Shown: in pieces, positions 19,850-32,553 of the stretch
Numbering within the stretch: the first letter of the stretch is position 1
Layout: every line of letters begins with the position of its first letter
Source: Tagaea sp.
GTDB taxonomy: Bacteria; Pseudomonadota; Alphaproteobacteria; CACIAM-22H2
Assembly: GCA_965279525.1 (NCBI GenBank)
Contig: CBDIIB010000002.1
Span: 64,001-128,000 of the forward strand
Reading direction: 5' to 3'
DNA length: 64,000 nucleotides
Position numbers and translations under genes: made by a program
The notes under the pieces: generated by a model
What the model saw: the letters and a program-made list of their open reading frames with translations, nothing else
The model's database searches: none
What the model was told of the DNA's origin: nothing

Positions 19850-20976
19850 ATGACACGCCCGATGCAAGCCCCGCACCCGAAAGACGCCATACGTGCTCAG
19901 GCCCTCGGCCTCGGTTTCGATGCCGTCGGCTTCGCACCGGCGGCCGCGTCGGCGCAGGCCAAGGCCGGGCTCGAAGCGTTCCTGGCGGCGGGCATGCAGG
20001 GCGATATGGGCTGGATGGCCGCCAATGCCGACCGGCGGGCCGACCCGCAGACGCTGTGGCCCGAGGCGCGCAGCGTGATCGTGCTCGCGGTCAACTACGG
20101 CCCCGACCGCGATCCGCGGGCGGATCTGGCGCGAACCGAGACCGGCAATCTTTCGGTCTATGCGCGCAACCGCGACTATCACGACACGATCAAGAAGCGG
20201 CTGAAAGCACTCGGGCGCTGGATGTGCGCGTCGCTCGGCGGCGACTGCAAGGTATTCGTCGACACGGCCCCGGTCATGGAAAAGCCGCTCGCGCAGCGCG
20301 CCGGGCTCGGCTGGCAGGGCAAGCACACGAACCTCGTGTCGCGCGACCACGGCTCGTGGCTGTTCCTGGGCGCGGTGTTCACCACGCTCGATCTCGCCCC
20401 CGATGCGGCCGAGGGCGACCATTGCGGGGCGTGCCGCGCGTGTCTCGACGCCTGCCCGACGGCGGCGTTTCCCGCCCCCTACCGGCTCGACGCACGGCGC
20501 TGCATTTCGTATCTGACGATCGAGCACAAGGGCCACATCCCGGCCGAGTTCCGCGCCCCCATGGGCAACCGCATCTATGGCTGCGACGACTGCCTTGCGG
20601 TCTGTCCGTGGAACAAGTTCGCGTCCGCCACGCGCGAGGCCGATTTCGTGGCGCGCGCCGACCTGACCGCACCGCTGCTGGCCGAACTCGTCCGGCTCGA
20701 CGATGCCGGCTTCCGCGCGAAATTCGCCGGCTCGCCGGTCAAGCGCATCGGGCGCGACCGGTTCGTGCGCAACGTGCTGGTGGCGATCGGCAATGCCGGG
20801 GCACCGGATCTCGCGGCCGAAGCGAAGGCGCTGGCCGATGATCCGTCGCCGCTCGTGCGCGCGATGGCGGCCTGGGCGCTGCGCCGGCTGCTGCCGGCAG
20901 GGGAATTCGCGGCACTTGCGCATGGCCGCACATCCTGCGAAACCGACGCCGCCGTCGCCGCCGAGTGGAGCCTTTC

Positions 20977-20980
<4 letters not shown>
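19850..20980 (+). CDS. queG: Epoxyqueuosine reductase
   Basis: [59 protein letters not shown]. Alternative start at 19862. Confidence 0.95.
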
Positions 20981-23592
<2,612 letters not shown>

Positions 23593-23600
23593 AGTTAGCG

Positions 23601-24692
23601 CTAAGGCTGGGGCTGGCGGCTCGCCGGCCGCGGCACCATCGGCCCCGGCGGATTGAGATCGATCACGTCGACGGCAAGGCGGAGCGTCTGGCCGTCGCGG
23701 CGCACTTCGAGCGTGGCCCGGTTGCCCACGCCCGCACGGCCCAGCGCCACGGCAAGATCGGGCACGTTGCGCACGCGCATGCCGTCGATCGACGCGATGA
23801 CGTCGCCCAGCTTCCTCGTTTCCGGATCGACGGGCCGCAGTCCGGCACGCGCCGCCGGCGTGTTCGGGGCGATCTGCAGGACGACGGCGCCGTCCACGCC
23901 GAGCCGCTCGGCCTCGTCCTCGCTTGCGATGATGACGCCGATCCCGGGGCGCGGCACGCGGCCGTCGCGGATCAGGGCCGGCACGATGCGGTTGACCGTG
24001 TCGACGGGGACCGAAAAGCCGACGCCGGCCGACGTGCCGCTGCGGGACAGGATGGCGGTGTTGACGCCGATCAGTCGGCCGCGCGCGTCGAGCAGCGGGC
24101 CGCCGGAATTGCCGGGATTGATCGCGGCATCGGTCTGGATCACGCCGGCGACCTCGCGTCCGGCGACGGTCGGCAGCTTGCGGTCGAGTGCCGAGATGAT
24201 CCCCTGCGTCAGCGACCGGTCGAGGCCGAACGGATTGCCGATCGCGAAGACGAGCTGGCCCACGCGCAGGTCGGTCGACGTGCCGCGCGCGATGGGGCGC
24301 AGCGGCTCGTCGGCCCGGTCGAGCCGGATGACCGCGAGGTCCACTTCCGGCGCCATGCCCACGACACTCGCCGGCAAGCGCTTGACCCCGTCGAAGGTGA
24401 CCGACAGCACGCGCCCTTCCGAGAGCCCCTCGAGAACATGCGCGTTGGTGACGATGTGACCGGCCGTGTCCCAGACGATCCCCGAACCCGCCCCGTCGCC
24501 CGAGCGCATCCGGTCGCCGATGCGCGCGGCCGCGTTGTCCCGGCGCAGCGAGATCGCCACGACCGAGGGGGCGGCGCGTTCGAACAGGCCGACGATCTCG
24601 CGCTCCAGCGCCTCAAGCGACTGGGCGCCGGCCGGCGGCGGGGCGAGAAGGGCGATCGCGAGGGCGAGGAAGATGGCGGTGCGTAGGATCAT
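23601..24692 (-). CDS. HtrA/Deg-family serine protease with one PDZ domain
   Basis: Signal peptide, GSGIVWD, TNAHV, DLAV, IGNPFGL, IQTDAAINPGNSGGPL, C-terminal PDZ (GDVI). Confidence 0.92.
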   Translation of the reverse strand: MILRTAIFLALAIALLAPPPAGAQSLEALEREIVGLFERAAPSVVAISLRRDNAAARIGDRMRSGDGAGSGIVWDTAGHIVTNAHVLEGLSEGRVLSVTFDGVKRLPASVVGMAPEVDLAVIRLDRADEPLRPIARGTSTDLRVGQLVFAIGNPFGLDRSLTQGIISALDRKLPTVAGREVAGVIQTDAAINPGNSGGPLLDARGRLIGVNTAILSRSGTSAGVGFSVPVDTVNRIVPALIRDGRVPRPGIGVIIASEDEAERLGVDGAVVLQIAPNTPAARAGLRPVDPETRKLGDVIASIDGMRVRNVPDLAVALGRAGVGNRATLEVRRDGQTLRLAVDVIDLNPPGPMVPRPASRQPQP

Positions 24693-24790
24693 TCCCGAAA
24701 AGATAGGGCAATGGTCCAGCCCCGACCAGCGGTGCCGCACTTTGACAGGCCCCGCCCGGTTGTGGACAGATAGGGCCAAGCCCAGTATCG

Positions 24791-24806
24791 TTGACCGCAC
24801 GGTCAA
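24791..24806. promoter_or_regulatory. Palindromic operator, TetR-like
   Basis: TTGACCG-CA-CGGTCAA (perfect 7-bp arms), 25 bp before the ABC operon start. Confidence 0.6.
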
Positions 24807-24831
24807 TGAAAATAAAACAGGGGAGGCGGAG

Positions 24832-26001
24832 ATGATGGCCTTGTTCACGCGACGCGCAGCACTCGGCGCTGCGGCAGCGACGGCAATCCTTGCGACGACC
24901 TTCGGTGCGGCGGCCCAGCAGCCGCCGATCCGCGTGGGAGCGATCCTGGCCGTCACCGGGGGTGCCTCGTTCCTCGGCGACCCGGCGGCCAAGACGCTGC
25001 GGCTCTATGTCGAGCAGATCAACAAGGCCGGTGGCGTCCTCGGCCGCCAACTCGAGCTCAAGCTCTATGACAGTGCCGGCGATCCGCGCCAGGCCGTGAC
25101 CTTCACCCGCCGCCTGATCGAGGACGACAAGGTCGACTTCATCCTGGGGGCGTCGACCACCGGCGAGACGATGGCGATGGTCGAACTGGTCGAAGAAGCG
25201 AAGATCCCGCTCGTCAGCCTTGCCGGCGCCACGCCCATCGTCGAGCCGGTCAAGCGCTTCGTCTTCAAGACCCCGCATTCCGACCGCATGGCGGTCGAGA
25301 AGATGTACGACGACATGCGCCGCGACAACATGACCAAGGCAGCGATCCTCGCCGGCTCGGGCGGGTTCGACCAGTCCTGCCGGGCGGAGGCCAAGGCGCT
25401 GGCGCCGCGCTACAACATCCAGCTCGTCGCCGACGAGACCTATGCCGCGACCGACACCGACATGACCCCGCAGCTCACCCGCATCCGCAACACCGCGGGC
25501 GTGCAGGCGATCATCGGCTGCGGCTTCGGCTCGCCCACCGTCATCACGGCGCGCAACTACCGCCAGCTCGGCATGCAGAACGTGCGCTTCTACTTCAACC
25601 ACGGCGTCGCTTCCCAGCAGTTCATCGACCAGAGCCAGGGTGCGGCCGAAGGCATGCGCATGCCGGTCGCGGCCCTGCTCGTCGCGGCACAGCTGCCGGC
25701 GAACGATCCGCAGAAGAAGGTCACGACGGAGTACACGGCCGCCTACAAGGCGGCCTACAACAACGAGGCGGTCTCGGGTTTCGGCGGCCACGCCTACGAC
25801 GCGCTGATGATCACCGTGGAGGCGATCAAGCGCGCAGGCTCGCTCGACAAGGCCAAGGTGCGCGACGAGATCGAGAAGACGACCAACTTCATCGGCGCCG
25901 ACGGCATCTTCAACATGAAGCCGACCGACCACATGGGGCTCGACATCCGCTCGTTCAAGATGGTCGAGGTGCGCGGCGGCACCTGGCACCTGCTGTACTG
26001 A
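24832..26001 (+). CDS. Branched-chain-type ABC transporter substrate-binding protein (resembles the aromatic-acid-binding RPA1789/CouP-like group)
   Basis: TRRAAL signal, IRVGAILAVTGGASFLG, INKAGGVLGRQ, FVFKTPHSD, NHGVAS, FGGHAYDA, DHMGLD. Confidence 0.88.
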   Translation: MMALFTRRAALGAAAATAILATTFGAAAQQPPIRVGAILAVTGGASFLGDPAAKTLRLYVEQINKAGGVLGRQLELKLYDSAGDPRQAVTFTRRLIEDDKVDFILGASTTGETMAMVELVEEAKIPLVSLAGATPIVEPVKRFVFKTPHSDRMAVEKMYDDMRRDNMTKAAILAGSGGFDQSCRAEAKALAPRYNIQLVADETYAATDTDMTPQLTRIRNTAGVQAIIGCGFGSPTVITARNYRQLGMQNVRFYFNHGVASQQFIDQSQGAAEGMRMPVAALLVAAQLPANDPQKKVTTEYTAAYKAAYNNEAVSGFGGHAYDALMITVEAIKRAGSLDKAKVRDEIEKTTNFIGADGIFNMKPTDHMGLDIRSFKMVEVRGGTWHLLY

Positions 26002-26016
26002 GGGGGATCCATCGAC

Positions 26017-26051
26017 GCTGCCCGCCCCTGCATCGGTCCGGGGCGGGCAGC
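26017..26051 (+). terminator. Intercistronic stem-loop after the binding-protein gene
   Basis: GCTGCCCGCCCC (26017-26028) pairs with GGGGCGGGCAGC (26040-26051), followed by TTCATTT. Confidence 0.6.
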
Positions 26052-26071
26052 TTCATTTCCGGGGTGCGCGT

Positions 26072-26947
26072 TTGGACGAGTTCCTGCAGTTCCTGTTCTC
26101 CGGACTGACGCGCGGCTCGATCTACGCGCTGGTCGGGATCGGCTTCGCGATCATCTACAACGCCAGCCACGTCATCAATTTCGCGCAAGGCGAGTTCGTG
26201 ATGATCGGCGGCATGGCGGCCGTCTATCTCACGACGAAGCTGGGCCTGCCGCTGCTGGCCGCGATCCCGCTGGCACTCGCACTCGCCGCGATCGTCGGCG
26301 TCGCACTCCACAAGTTCGCTGTCGAGCCGGCGCGCGGGGCGTCGGTCGTCGCACTCATCATCATCACGATCGGGGCCTCGATCTTCATCAGGGGGGCGGT
26401 CGAGGTCGCGATCGGCAAGCGCGATCATTCGCTGCCGGCCTTCTCGGGCGAGGTGCCCATCGCCATCGCCGGGGCCACGCTGCAGCCGCAGAGCCTGTGG
26501 GTGATGGGCTCGCTCGTCGCGGTGGTGGCGTTCCTCAAATGGTTCTTCGATTCCACACGGCTGGGCAAGGCGATGCTCGCCACGTCGCACAACCGGCTGG
26601 CCGCCCAGCTCGTCGGCATCGAGGTGCGCCACATCCTGCTGGCGAGCTTCGCGCTGTCGGCGGCCCTTGGCGCGCTTGCCGGCATCCTGACTGCCCCCAT
26701 CACGCTGACGCGCTACGACATCGGCGTGATGCTGGGCCTGAAAGGCTTCTGCGCGGCGATCCTGGGCGGATTGGGGAGCCCCTACGGCGCCATCGCGGGC
26801 GGGCTGGCGCTGGGCCTCGCCGAGGCGATGACCGGCGGCTATGTCAGCTCCGGCTACCAGGACGCCGTCGCCTTCGCCGTCATCCTCGCCGTGCTGTTCG
26901 TGCGCCCGCAGGGGCTGTTCGGGCGTGCGGCCACGGAGCGCGTCTGA
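26072..26947 (+). CDS. Branched-chain amino acid ABC permease (LivH-like)
   Basis: GSIYALVGIGF, INFAQGEF, TRLGKAM, KGFCAAILGGLGS. Confidence 0.92.
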   Translation: MDEFLQFLFSGLTRGSIYALVGIGFAIIYNASHVINFAQGEFVMIGGMAAVYLTTKLGLPLLAAIPLALALAAIVGVALHKFAVEPARGASVVALIIITIGASIFIRGAVEVAIGKRDHSLPAFSGEVPIAIAGATLQPQSLWVMGSLVAVVAFLKWFFDSTRLGKAMLATSHNRLAAQLVGIEVRHILLASFALSAALGALAGILTAPITLTRYDIGVMLGLKGFCAAILGGLGSPYGAIAGGLALGLAEAMTGGYVSSGYQDAVAFAVILAVLFVRPQGLFGRAATERV

Positions 26948-26948
26948 C

Positions 26949-27893
26949 ATGGCGGACCTGATCCGGCGCAATTCAGGGCTGCTGGCGCTGGCGCTGGTCG
27001 TGCTTCTGCTGCCGCTCGTCCTTCCCAACCGCTTCTATTTCGACGTCGCGACCAAGGTGTGGCTCAACGCCATCGTGTGCGTCGGTCTCAACCTGCTGAT
27101 CGGCTATGCCGGCCAGATCAGCCTCGGGCATGCCGGCTTCTTCGCGCTGGGTGCCTATGCCTCGGCGATCCTCACGCGCCGCTACGAACTCAACGGCTTC
27201 CTCGCGATGGCGCTGGGCGCGGCAGGCACCGCACTCATCGCCTTCGCGGTGTCGCGCCCGATCCTGCGCCTCAAGGGCCACTATCTGGCGATGGCCACGC
27301 TGGGCCTCGGCATCATCATCTTCATCGTCATCAACCGCGAGATCTGGCTGACCGGCGGACCGGACGGCACGCGGGTCCTCGCCCTGTCGCTGGGCGACTG
27401 GCGCATAACGCGCATCGAGGACTGGTACTGGGCGACGGGCGGCGTGCTGCTCGTCGCCGTCTGGCTGTCGCGCAACCTGATCGATTCGGGCGTCGGGCGG
27501 GCGTTGCGTGCACTCAACGGCTCGGAAGTCGCCGCCGCGACCGCCGGCATCGACACGGCCCGCTACAAGGCGATGGTGTTCGTGGTTTCCGCGGTCTTCG
27601 CGTCGCTCGCCGGCTCGCTGTTCGCGCATGTCGAAAGGTTCGTCACGCCGGCCGAAGCGGGCTTCCTGCGCTCGATCGAGTTCGTCACGATGGTGGTGCT
27701 GGGCGGCATGGCGTCGACGTTCGGTGCCGTCGTGGGTGCCGCCCTGCTGACCGTGCTGCCGCAGGCGGTCGCCGACTTCCAGGATTACAAGCACCTCGCC
27801 TTCGGCGCCGTGCTGATCGCGACGATGGTCTTCCTGCCCAAAGGTCTCGTGCCCAGCCTTGCCGACCTGATCCGCCGCCGGAGGCCGCGATGA
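26949..27893 (+). CDS. Branched-chain amino acid ABC permease (LivM-like)
   Basis: GLNLLIGYAGQISLGHAGF, LRLKGHYLAMATL, TGGPDG, MVVLGGM. Confidence 0.92.
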   Translation: MADLIRRNSGLLALALVVLLLPLVLPNRFYFDVATKVWLNAIVCVGLNLLIGYAGQISLGHAGFFALGAYASAILTRRYELNGFLAMALGAAGTALIAFAVSRPILRLKGHYLAMATLGLGIIIFIVINREIWLTGGPDGTRVLALSLGDWRITRIEDWYWATGGVLLVAVWLSRNLIDSGVGRALRALNGSEVAAATAGIDTARYKAMVFVVSAVFASLAGSLFAHVERFVTPAEAGFLRSIEFVTMVVLGGMASTFGAVVGAALLTVLPQAVADFQDYKHLAFGAVLIATMVFLPKGLVPSLADLIRRRRPR

Positions 27894-28663
27894 GCCTGCT
27901 GCGCGTCGAGAACCTGTCGAAGAGCTTCGGCGGCGTGAAAGCGGTCGCCGACGTGTCGTTCGCGGTCGAGGCGGGGGCCATCCATTCGCTGATCGGGCCG
28001 AACGGGGCGGGCAAGACGACGCTGTTCAACCTCGTCACCGGCGTCTACGCGCCCACGGCGGGGCGCATCTTCGTCGCCGACCGCGACGTGACCGGGCTGC
28101 CGACCGCCGCACGCGCCGCGATGGGCGTGCAGCGCACCTTCCAGAACCTGCAGATATTCTTCAACATGACGGCGATCGAGAACGTGATGGTCGGCCGGCA
28201 CCTGCATGTCGGCACCGGCCTCGTCGCCTCGCTGCTCGGCCTGCCCGGGATCGTGCACCAGACGCGCGACGCGCGCGAACGTGCCGAAGCGCTGCTTGAC
28301 CATGTCGGCCTTGCCGACTGGCGCCATGCCGACGCCGACGCGATGCCCTATGGCGCCTTGAAGCGGCTCGAGATCGCGCGTGCGCTGGCCGCAGAGCCGC
28401 GCCTGCTGCTGCTCGACGAGCCGGCCGCCGGCCTCAACCCGAAGGAAACGCAGGAGATCGAGCATCTGATCCGGCGCATCGCGGCCTCGGGCATCACGGT
28501 CGTGCTCGTCGAGCACGACATGAAGCTCGTCATGAACGTGTCGGACCACATCCTCGTGCTCGATTATGGCCGCATGCTCGCGCAAGGCACGGCCGCCGAA
28601 GTGCGCCGCAACCCCGACGTCATCAAGGCGTATCTGGGCGAAGCCGGGGGCATCGTCGCATGA
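27890..28663 (+). CDS. ABC transporter ATP-binding protein (LivG-like)
   Basis: GPNGAGKTT, RTFQN, LLLLDEPAAGL, VEHDM. Confidence 0.93.
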   Translation: MSLLRVENLSKSFGGVKAVADVSFAVEAGAIHSLIGPNGAGKTTLFNLVTGVYAPTAGRIFVADRDVTGLPTAARAAMGVQRTFQNLQIFFNMTAIENVMVGRHLHVGTGLVASLLGLPGIVHQTRDARERAEALLDHVGLADWRHADADAMPYGALKRLEIARALAAEPRLLLLDEPAAGLNPKETQEIEHLIRRIAASGITVVLVEHDMKLVMNVSDHILVLDYGRMLAQGTAAEVRRNPDVIKAYLGEAGGIVA

Positions 28664-29373
28664 CGGCGCCGCTGCTCGAGATTTCCGGCCTCGTCTCGCA
28701 TTACGGGCGCATCGAGGCGCTGAAGGGCATCGATCTTGTCGTGGACGAGGGCGAACTCCTCGCTCTCGTCGGCGGCAACGGGGCGGGCAAGACGACGCTG
28801 CTGCGCGCGATCTCGGGCGTGCAGCCGGCCACGTCCGGCCGCATCCGGTTCGCCGGCCGGGACATCTCGACGCTGCCGGCCGCCGGCCGCGTGCGGCTCG
28901 GCATCGCGCAGGTTCCGGAAGGCCGGCAGGTCTTCGGCCCGATGAGTGTCGTCGACAATCTCGAACTCGGCGGCCATACCCGCCCGCAGGCCGAGATCGC
29001 CGAGGGGATCGCGCGCGCCTATGCGATGTTCCCGATCCTTGCCGAGCGGCGAAAGCAGCCCGCCGGCACGCTGTCGGGCGGCCAGCAACAGATGCTGGCG
29101 ATCGCGCGCGCCCTGATGTCGCGCCCGCGCCTGCTGCTGCTCGACGAGCCGTCGATGGGCCTTGCCCCGCTGCTGGTGCAGGAGATATTCGCGACCGTGA
29201 AGCGGCTGAAGGGCGACGGCGTCACGATCTTCCTCGTCGAGCAGAACGCGGCGGCGGCACTTGCCATCGCCGATCGCGGCTATGTGATCGAGACCGGCCG
29301 CATTACCATGCAGGACAGCGGCCCCGCCTTGCTCGCCGACGAGCGCGTCAAGGCCGCGTATCTGGGAATATGA
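28660..29373 (+). CDS. ABC transporter ATP-binding protein (LivF-like)
   Basis: GGNGAGKTT, VPEGRQVF, LSGGQQQM, LLLDEPSMGL, VEQN. Confidence 0.93.
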   Translation: MTAPLLEISGLVSHYGRIEALKGIDLVVDEGELLALVGGNGAGKTTLLRAISGVQPATSGRIRFAGRDISTLPAAGRVRLGIAQVPEGRQVFGPMSVVDNLELGGHTRPQAEIAEGIARAYAMFPILAERRKQPAGTLSGGQQQMLAIARALMSRPRLLLLDEPSMGLAPLLVQEIFATVKRLKGDGVTIFLVEQNAAAALAIADRGYVIETGRITMQDSGPALLADERVKAAYLGI

Positions 29374-29385
29374 GGAGCTGACACC

Positions 29386-30339
29386 ATGGCAAAGGCTTTC
29401 GCGTCGACCGCCGATCTCGAGGAGAAGAAGGAGAAGTTCGTCCGCCTCGCCGACGGCGCTTATTGCCTGACGGCCGAGGGCGATCCGAACTCCGGCGTGG
29501 TCGTCGGCGACGATTGCTGCATGGTGATCGACGCGCGCGCCACGCCCGTGATGGCACGCGAGTTGGTGCGTCACATCCGCAAGGTGACCGACAAGCCGGT
29601 CAAATACGTGGTGCTGACGCACTATCACGCGGTGCGCGTGCTGGGGGCGAGCGGCTACAGGGCCGAACACGTCATCGCCTCGCGCCCGACCTTCGAGATG
29701 ATCAAGGAGCGCGGCCGGCAGGATTGGAAATCGGAAGTCGGCCGCTTCCCGCGCCTGTTCCGCGCGGCCGGCACGGTCCCGGGCCTGACCTGGCCCACCA
29801 TCGTGTTCGACAGGTCGATGACTCTATGGCTCGGCACCAAGCGGGTCGACATCCTGCAGCCCGGCGGCGGCGGGCACACGCGTGGCGACAGCGTGGTGTG
29901 GCTGCCGAAAGAGAAGGTGCTGTTCTCCGGCGATCTGGTCGAGGAAGGGGCCACACCCTATTGCGGCGATGCGCAACTTGCCGAATGGCCGGCCACGCTC
30001 GATGCACTTCTGGCACTGAAGCCGCAGAAACTCGTCCCCGGTCGCGGCGAGGCGATGCTGAATGCCGCCGCCTCGCGCCGCGCCATCGAGGGTACACGCG
30101 CTTTCGTGCAGGAACTTCTCGCCCACGCGAAGAAAGGCGTGAAGGCGAAGAAAGACCTGAAGACGGTCTATGCCGACACCTACCGCGCGATGGCGCCCAA
30201 ATACGGCAAGTGGGTGATCTTCGACCACTGCATGCCGTTCTGCGTGTCCCGCGCCTACGACGAGGCGAAGGGCATCGCGCATCCGCGCATCTGGACCGCC
30301 GCGCGCGACAAGGAAATGTGGCGCAGTTTGCAGGGATGA
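29386..30339 (+). CDS. MBL-fold metallo-hydrolase with a non-canonical metal motif
   Basis: GDPNSGVVVG, VIDARAT, THYHAVR in place of HxHxDH, GHTRGD, FSGDL, VPGRG. GAGGAG RBS. Confidence 0.85.
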   Translation: MAKAFASTADLEEKKEKFVRLADGAYCLTAEGDPNSGVVVGDDCCMVIDARATPVMARELVRHIRKVTDKPVKYVVLTHYHAVRVLGASGYRAEHVIASRPTFEMIKERGRQDWKSEVGRFPRLFRAAGTVPGLTWPTIVFDRSMTLWLGTKRVDILQPGGGGHTRGDSVVWLPKEKVLFSGDLVEEGATPYCGDAQLAEWPATLDALLALKPQKLVPGRGEAMLNAAASRRAIEGTRAFVQELLAHAKKGVKAKKDLKTVYADTYRAMAPKYGKWVIFDHCMPFCVSRAYDEAKGIAHPRIWTAARDKEMWRSLQG

Positions 30340-30343
30340 GTCG

Positions 30344-31576
30344 TCAGCGCCGCCTTGCGAGCGTCGCAGGGTCCGGCGACTTGCCGGCGTGGCGATAGGC
30401 GGCGAGCAGCGTTTCCTCGAACAGATCGCGCTGCGCGCGACTGCCGCCCAGCCGCTCGTGGTCGGGCAGCATGGCGCCGAACGCGTCGATGGCACCCTGC
30501 CAGTCCCTCTTCACGAAGGCCGTGAAGCCCTTGGCCGCCAGCGCGACGACCGGCTGGGCGGGCCCGCGCGTGCCCGCCGCACGGGCCTCGACCTCGGCGC
30601 CGTCGTCGGTCATCGCGGCGGCGAGGGCGGCGTGCACGTCGACGAAGGCGAGGCCGGGGCGTGGAAATTCGCGCTTGGCATAGGAGGCGACCTGGTCCCA
30701 TTCGCCGGCCGGGGGTTTGGCACCCATCAGTTCGGCCCGCCACAGGAACGAGGCGGCGTCGGTCAGTACGTTGAGCGCCGGGCCCCAGATCGAATCCGGC
30801 GCCACGCTTTCGTTGTAGAGCTTCCACGCCTCGGTCGTGTCGCCCGCGACCAGCGCCCACAGCGCCCGGTGCCAGTTGATGTGGCAGTGCAGGAGGCCCG
30901 CGCGCGGATAGCCCACGATGAAGTCGGCGAGCCGGCGCCGCCCTTCGGCGACTTCGCCGGCCTCGTAGTGGACATGGGCAAGGATATGCATGCCGTGCGC
31001 GTCGCGCGGATTCTTCGCCAGCGCCTTGACGATCTTCTCGCGCCCGCTGTCGACCGCCCCGGTCTCGACATGCGCGAAAGCCTGCATGGCCAGGAACCAC
31101 CAGTCCTCGCCGTACTGGGGCGACAGGCCGTCGAGCAGGGCGCGCAGGCTCGTCGCCCGGTTCGACAGGCCGCTGAAACCGTAGAGACCGAACACGCCCA
31201 CGCACGGGCTGAGCGCCATCGCGTCGCGCGGCCATTCGCGCAGGTGCGTGCGGATCGCGTCCAGCGCCAGCGGCCCCTGTCCGTCGAGCACGAGGCCGAG
31301 GGCCGCCACATGGTTCGCCTCGCGCCCCGAGAGTTTCGGTGCGAGGGCGCGCGCACTTGCCATCGCCGATTTGGCCGGGCCGCGATTGCCGAACACCTGA
31401 TGCGTGCGCGCGAGGGCCGCGTGCGCCAGCGCGAAATCCGCGTCGGCGGCGATCGCGCGCTCGAACGCCTCGACCGCGCCGACGTCGGCGGCGAACAGCG
31501 CGTCGACGCCCGCGACATAGGCGGCCGCGGCGGCGGCGTTCGTCGACAGCGCGTTGCCGTAGCGGTCGGCGATCAC
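30344..31576 (-). CDS. TPR protein, TTC38-like
   Basis: DRYGNALST start, HLREWPRDA, AHGMHILAHVHYE, HCHINWHRAL, DAASFLWR, RLGGSRAQRDLF. GTGA overlap with nudC. Confidence 0.8.
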   Translation of the reverse strand: MIADRYGNALSTNAAAAAAYVAGVDALFAADVGAVEAFERAIAADADFALAHAALARTHQVFGNRGPAKSAMASARALAPKLSGREANHVAALGLVLDGQGPLALDAIRTHLREWPRDAMALSPCVGVFGLYGFSGLSNRATSLRALLDGLSPQYGEDWWFLAMQAFAHVETGAVDSGREKIVKALAKNPRDAHGMHILAHVHYEAGEVAEGRRRLADFIVGYPRAGLLHCHINWHRALWALVAGDTTEAWKLYNESVAPDSIWGPALNVLTDAASFLWRAELMGAKPPAGEWDQVASYAKREFPRPGLAFVDVHAALAAAMTDDGAEVEARAAGTRGPAQPVVALAAKGFTAFVKRDWQGAIDAFGAMLPDHERLGGSRAQRDLFEETLLAAYRHAGKSPDPATLARRR

Positions 31577-32490
31577 AGGCCGGCCTTTCCGTCCATCCAG
31601 TCCTCGATCAGCCGGCGCGCGATCGAATCGGCGCGGGGCAGGCGGAATTTCTCCGGGTCGTGGGGTCCGCGCAGGAATTCGCGGGTGACCCACATGGCGT
31701 CGACCAGTTCTTCGGGATCGATCGTCAGTTCCGTCGTCAGCGCCTCGCCGTAGAAACCCAGCATGATCGACGCGGGGAACGGCCAGGGCTGCGAGGAATG
31801 GTAGGTGACGCGGCCCACGCGCACGCCGGCTTCCTCGAAGATCTCGCGCCGCACGCAGTCTTCCAGGCTCTCGCCCGGCTCGACGAACCCGGCGAGTGTG
31901 GAATACATCGCCGCCTGGAAGCGTCCGGAGCGGCCGAGCAGGCATCTGTCGCCCGACACGATCAGCATGATCGTCGCCGGATCGCTGCGCGGGAAATGTT
32001 CGGCCCCGCACACCGTGCTCGTGCATTTGAGCACGTGGCCGGCGGCTTCCGGGGCTGTCGGCGCGCCGCACACGCCGCAATGCCGGTGGCGCGCATGCCA
32101 CCAGGCGAGCCCGCGCGCATAGGCGAGCAGCCCGCCCTCGTCGCGCGGCAGGAAGGCGCCGATGCTGCGCAGGTCGACGAAGCTGGTGGCCGGGTCATCG
32201 ACATGGCGGGGCAGGTCGGCTTCTTCGAGGGCGCTCACGTCGAGTGCGAAATAGGGCGTGCCGTCGAGATCGCCAAGGTAGATGCGCGGGCCATCGAGAT
32301 GGGCAAGCCGGCCGGTTTCGAGGAACCGGGCTCCCGGCGTGTCTCCCGCCCGGACCAGATTGCGCGTGCGCCAGACCACGACAAGGCGTGCCGCCGGGTG
32401 GGCAAGGCGTTCGGAAACGAAGTCCGCGTCGCGGCGGCGTTCGGATCGCCGGTCGACCGGCAGGCGGGCGTAGAAGTTGGGCTTTTCCAT
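31573..32490 (-). CDS. nudC: NAD(H) diphosphatase
   Basis: Zinc ribbon CGVCG...C...C, HFPRSDPA, Nudix box GFVEPGESLEDCVRREIFEEAG, signature SQPWPFPAS. Confidence 0.94.
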   Translation of the reverse strand: MEKPNFYARLPVDRRSERRRDADFVSERLAHPAARLVVVWRTRNLVRAGDTPGARFLETGRLAHLDGPRIYLGDLDGTPYFALDVSALEEADLPRHVDDPATSFVDLRSIGAFLPRDEGGLLAYARGLAWWHARHRHCGVCGAPTAPEAAGHVLKCTSTVCGAEHFPRSDPATIMLIVSGDRCLLGRSGRFQAAMYSTLAGFVEPGESLEDCVRREIFEEAGVRVGRVTYHSSQPWPFPASIMLGFYGEALTTELTIDPEELVDAMWVTREFLRGPHDPEKFRLPRADSIARRLIEDWMDGKAGL

Positions 32491-32553
32491 GTCGGCGTCA
32501 GGATATACCGGAGTGCGGCGCGCCCGTCGTGCACTTCGTGGCGGGCGGAACCG

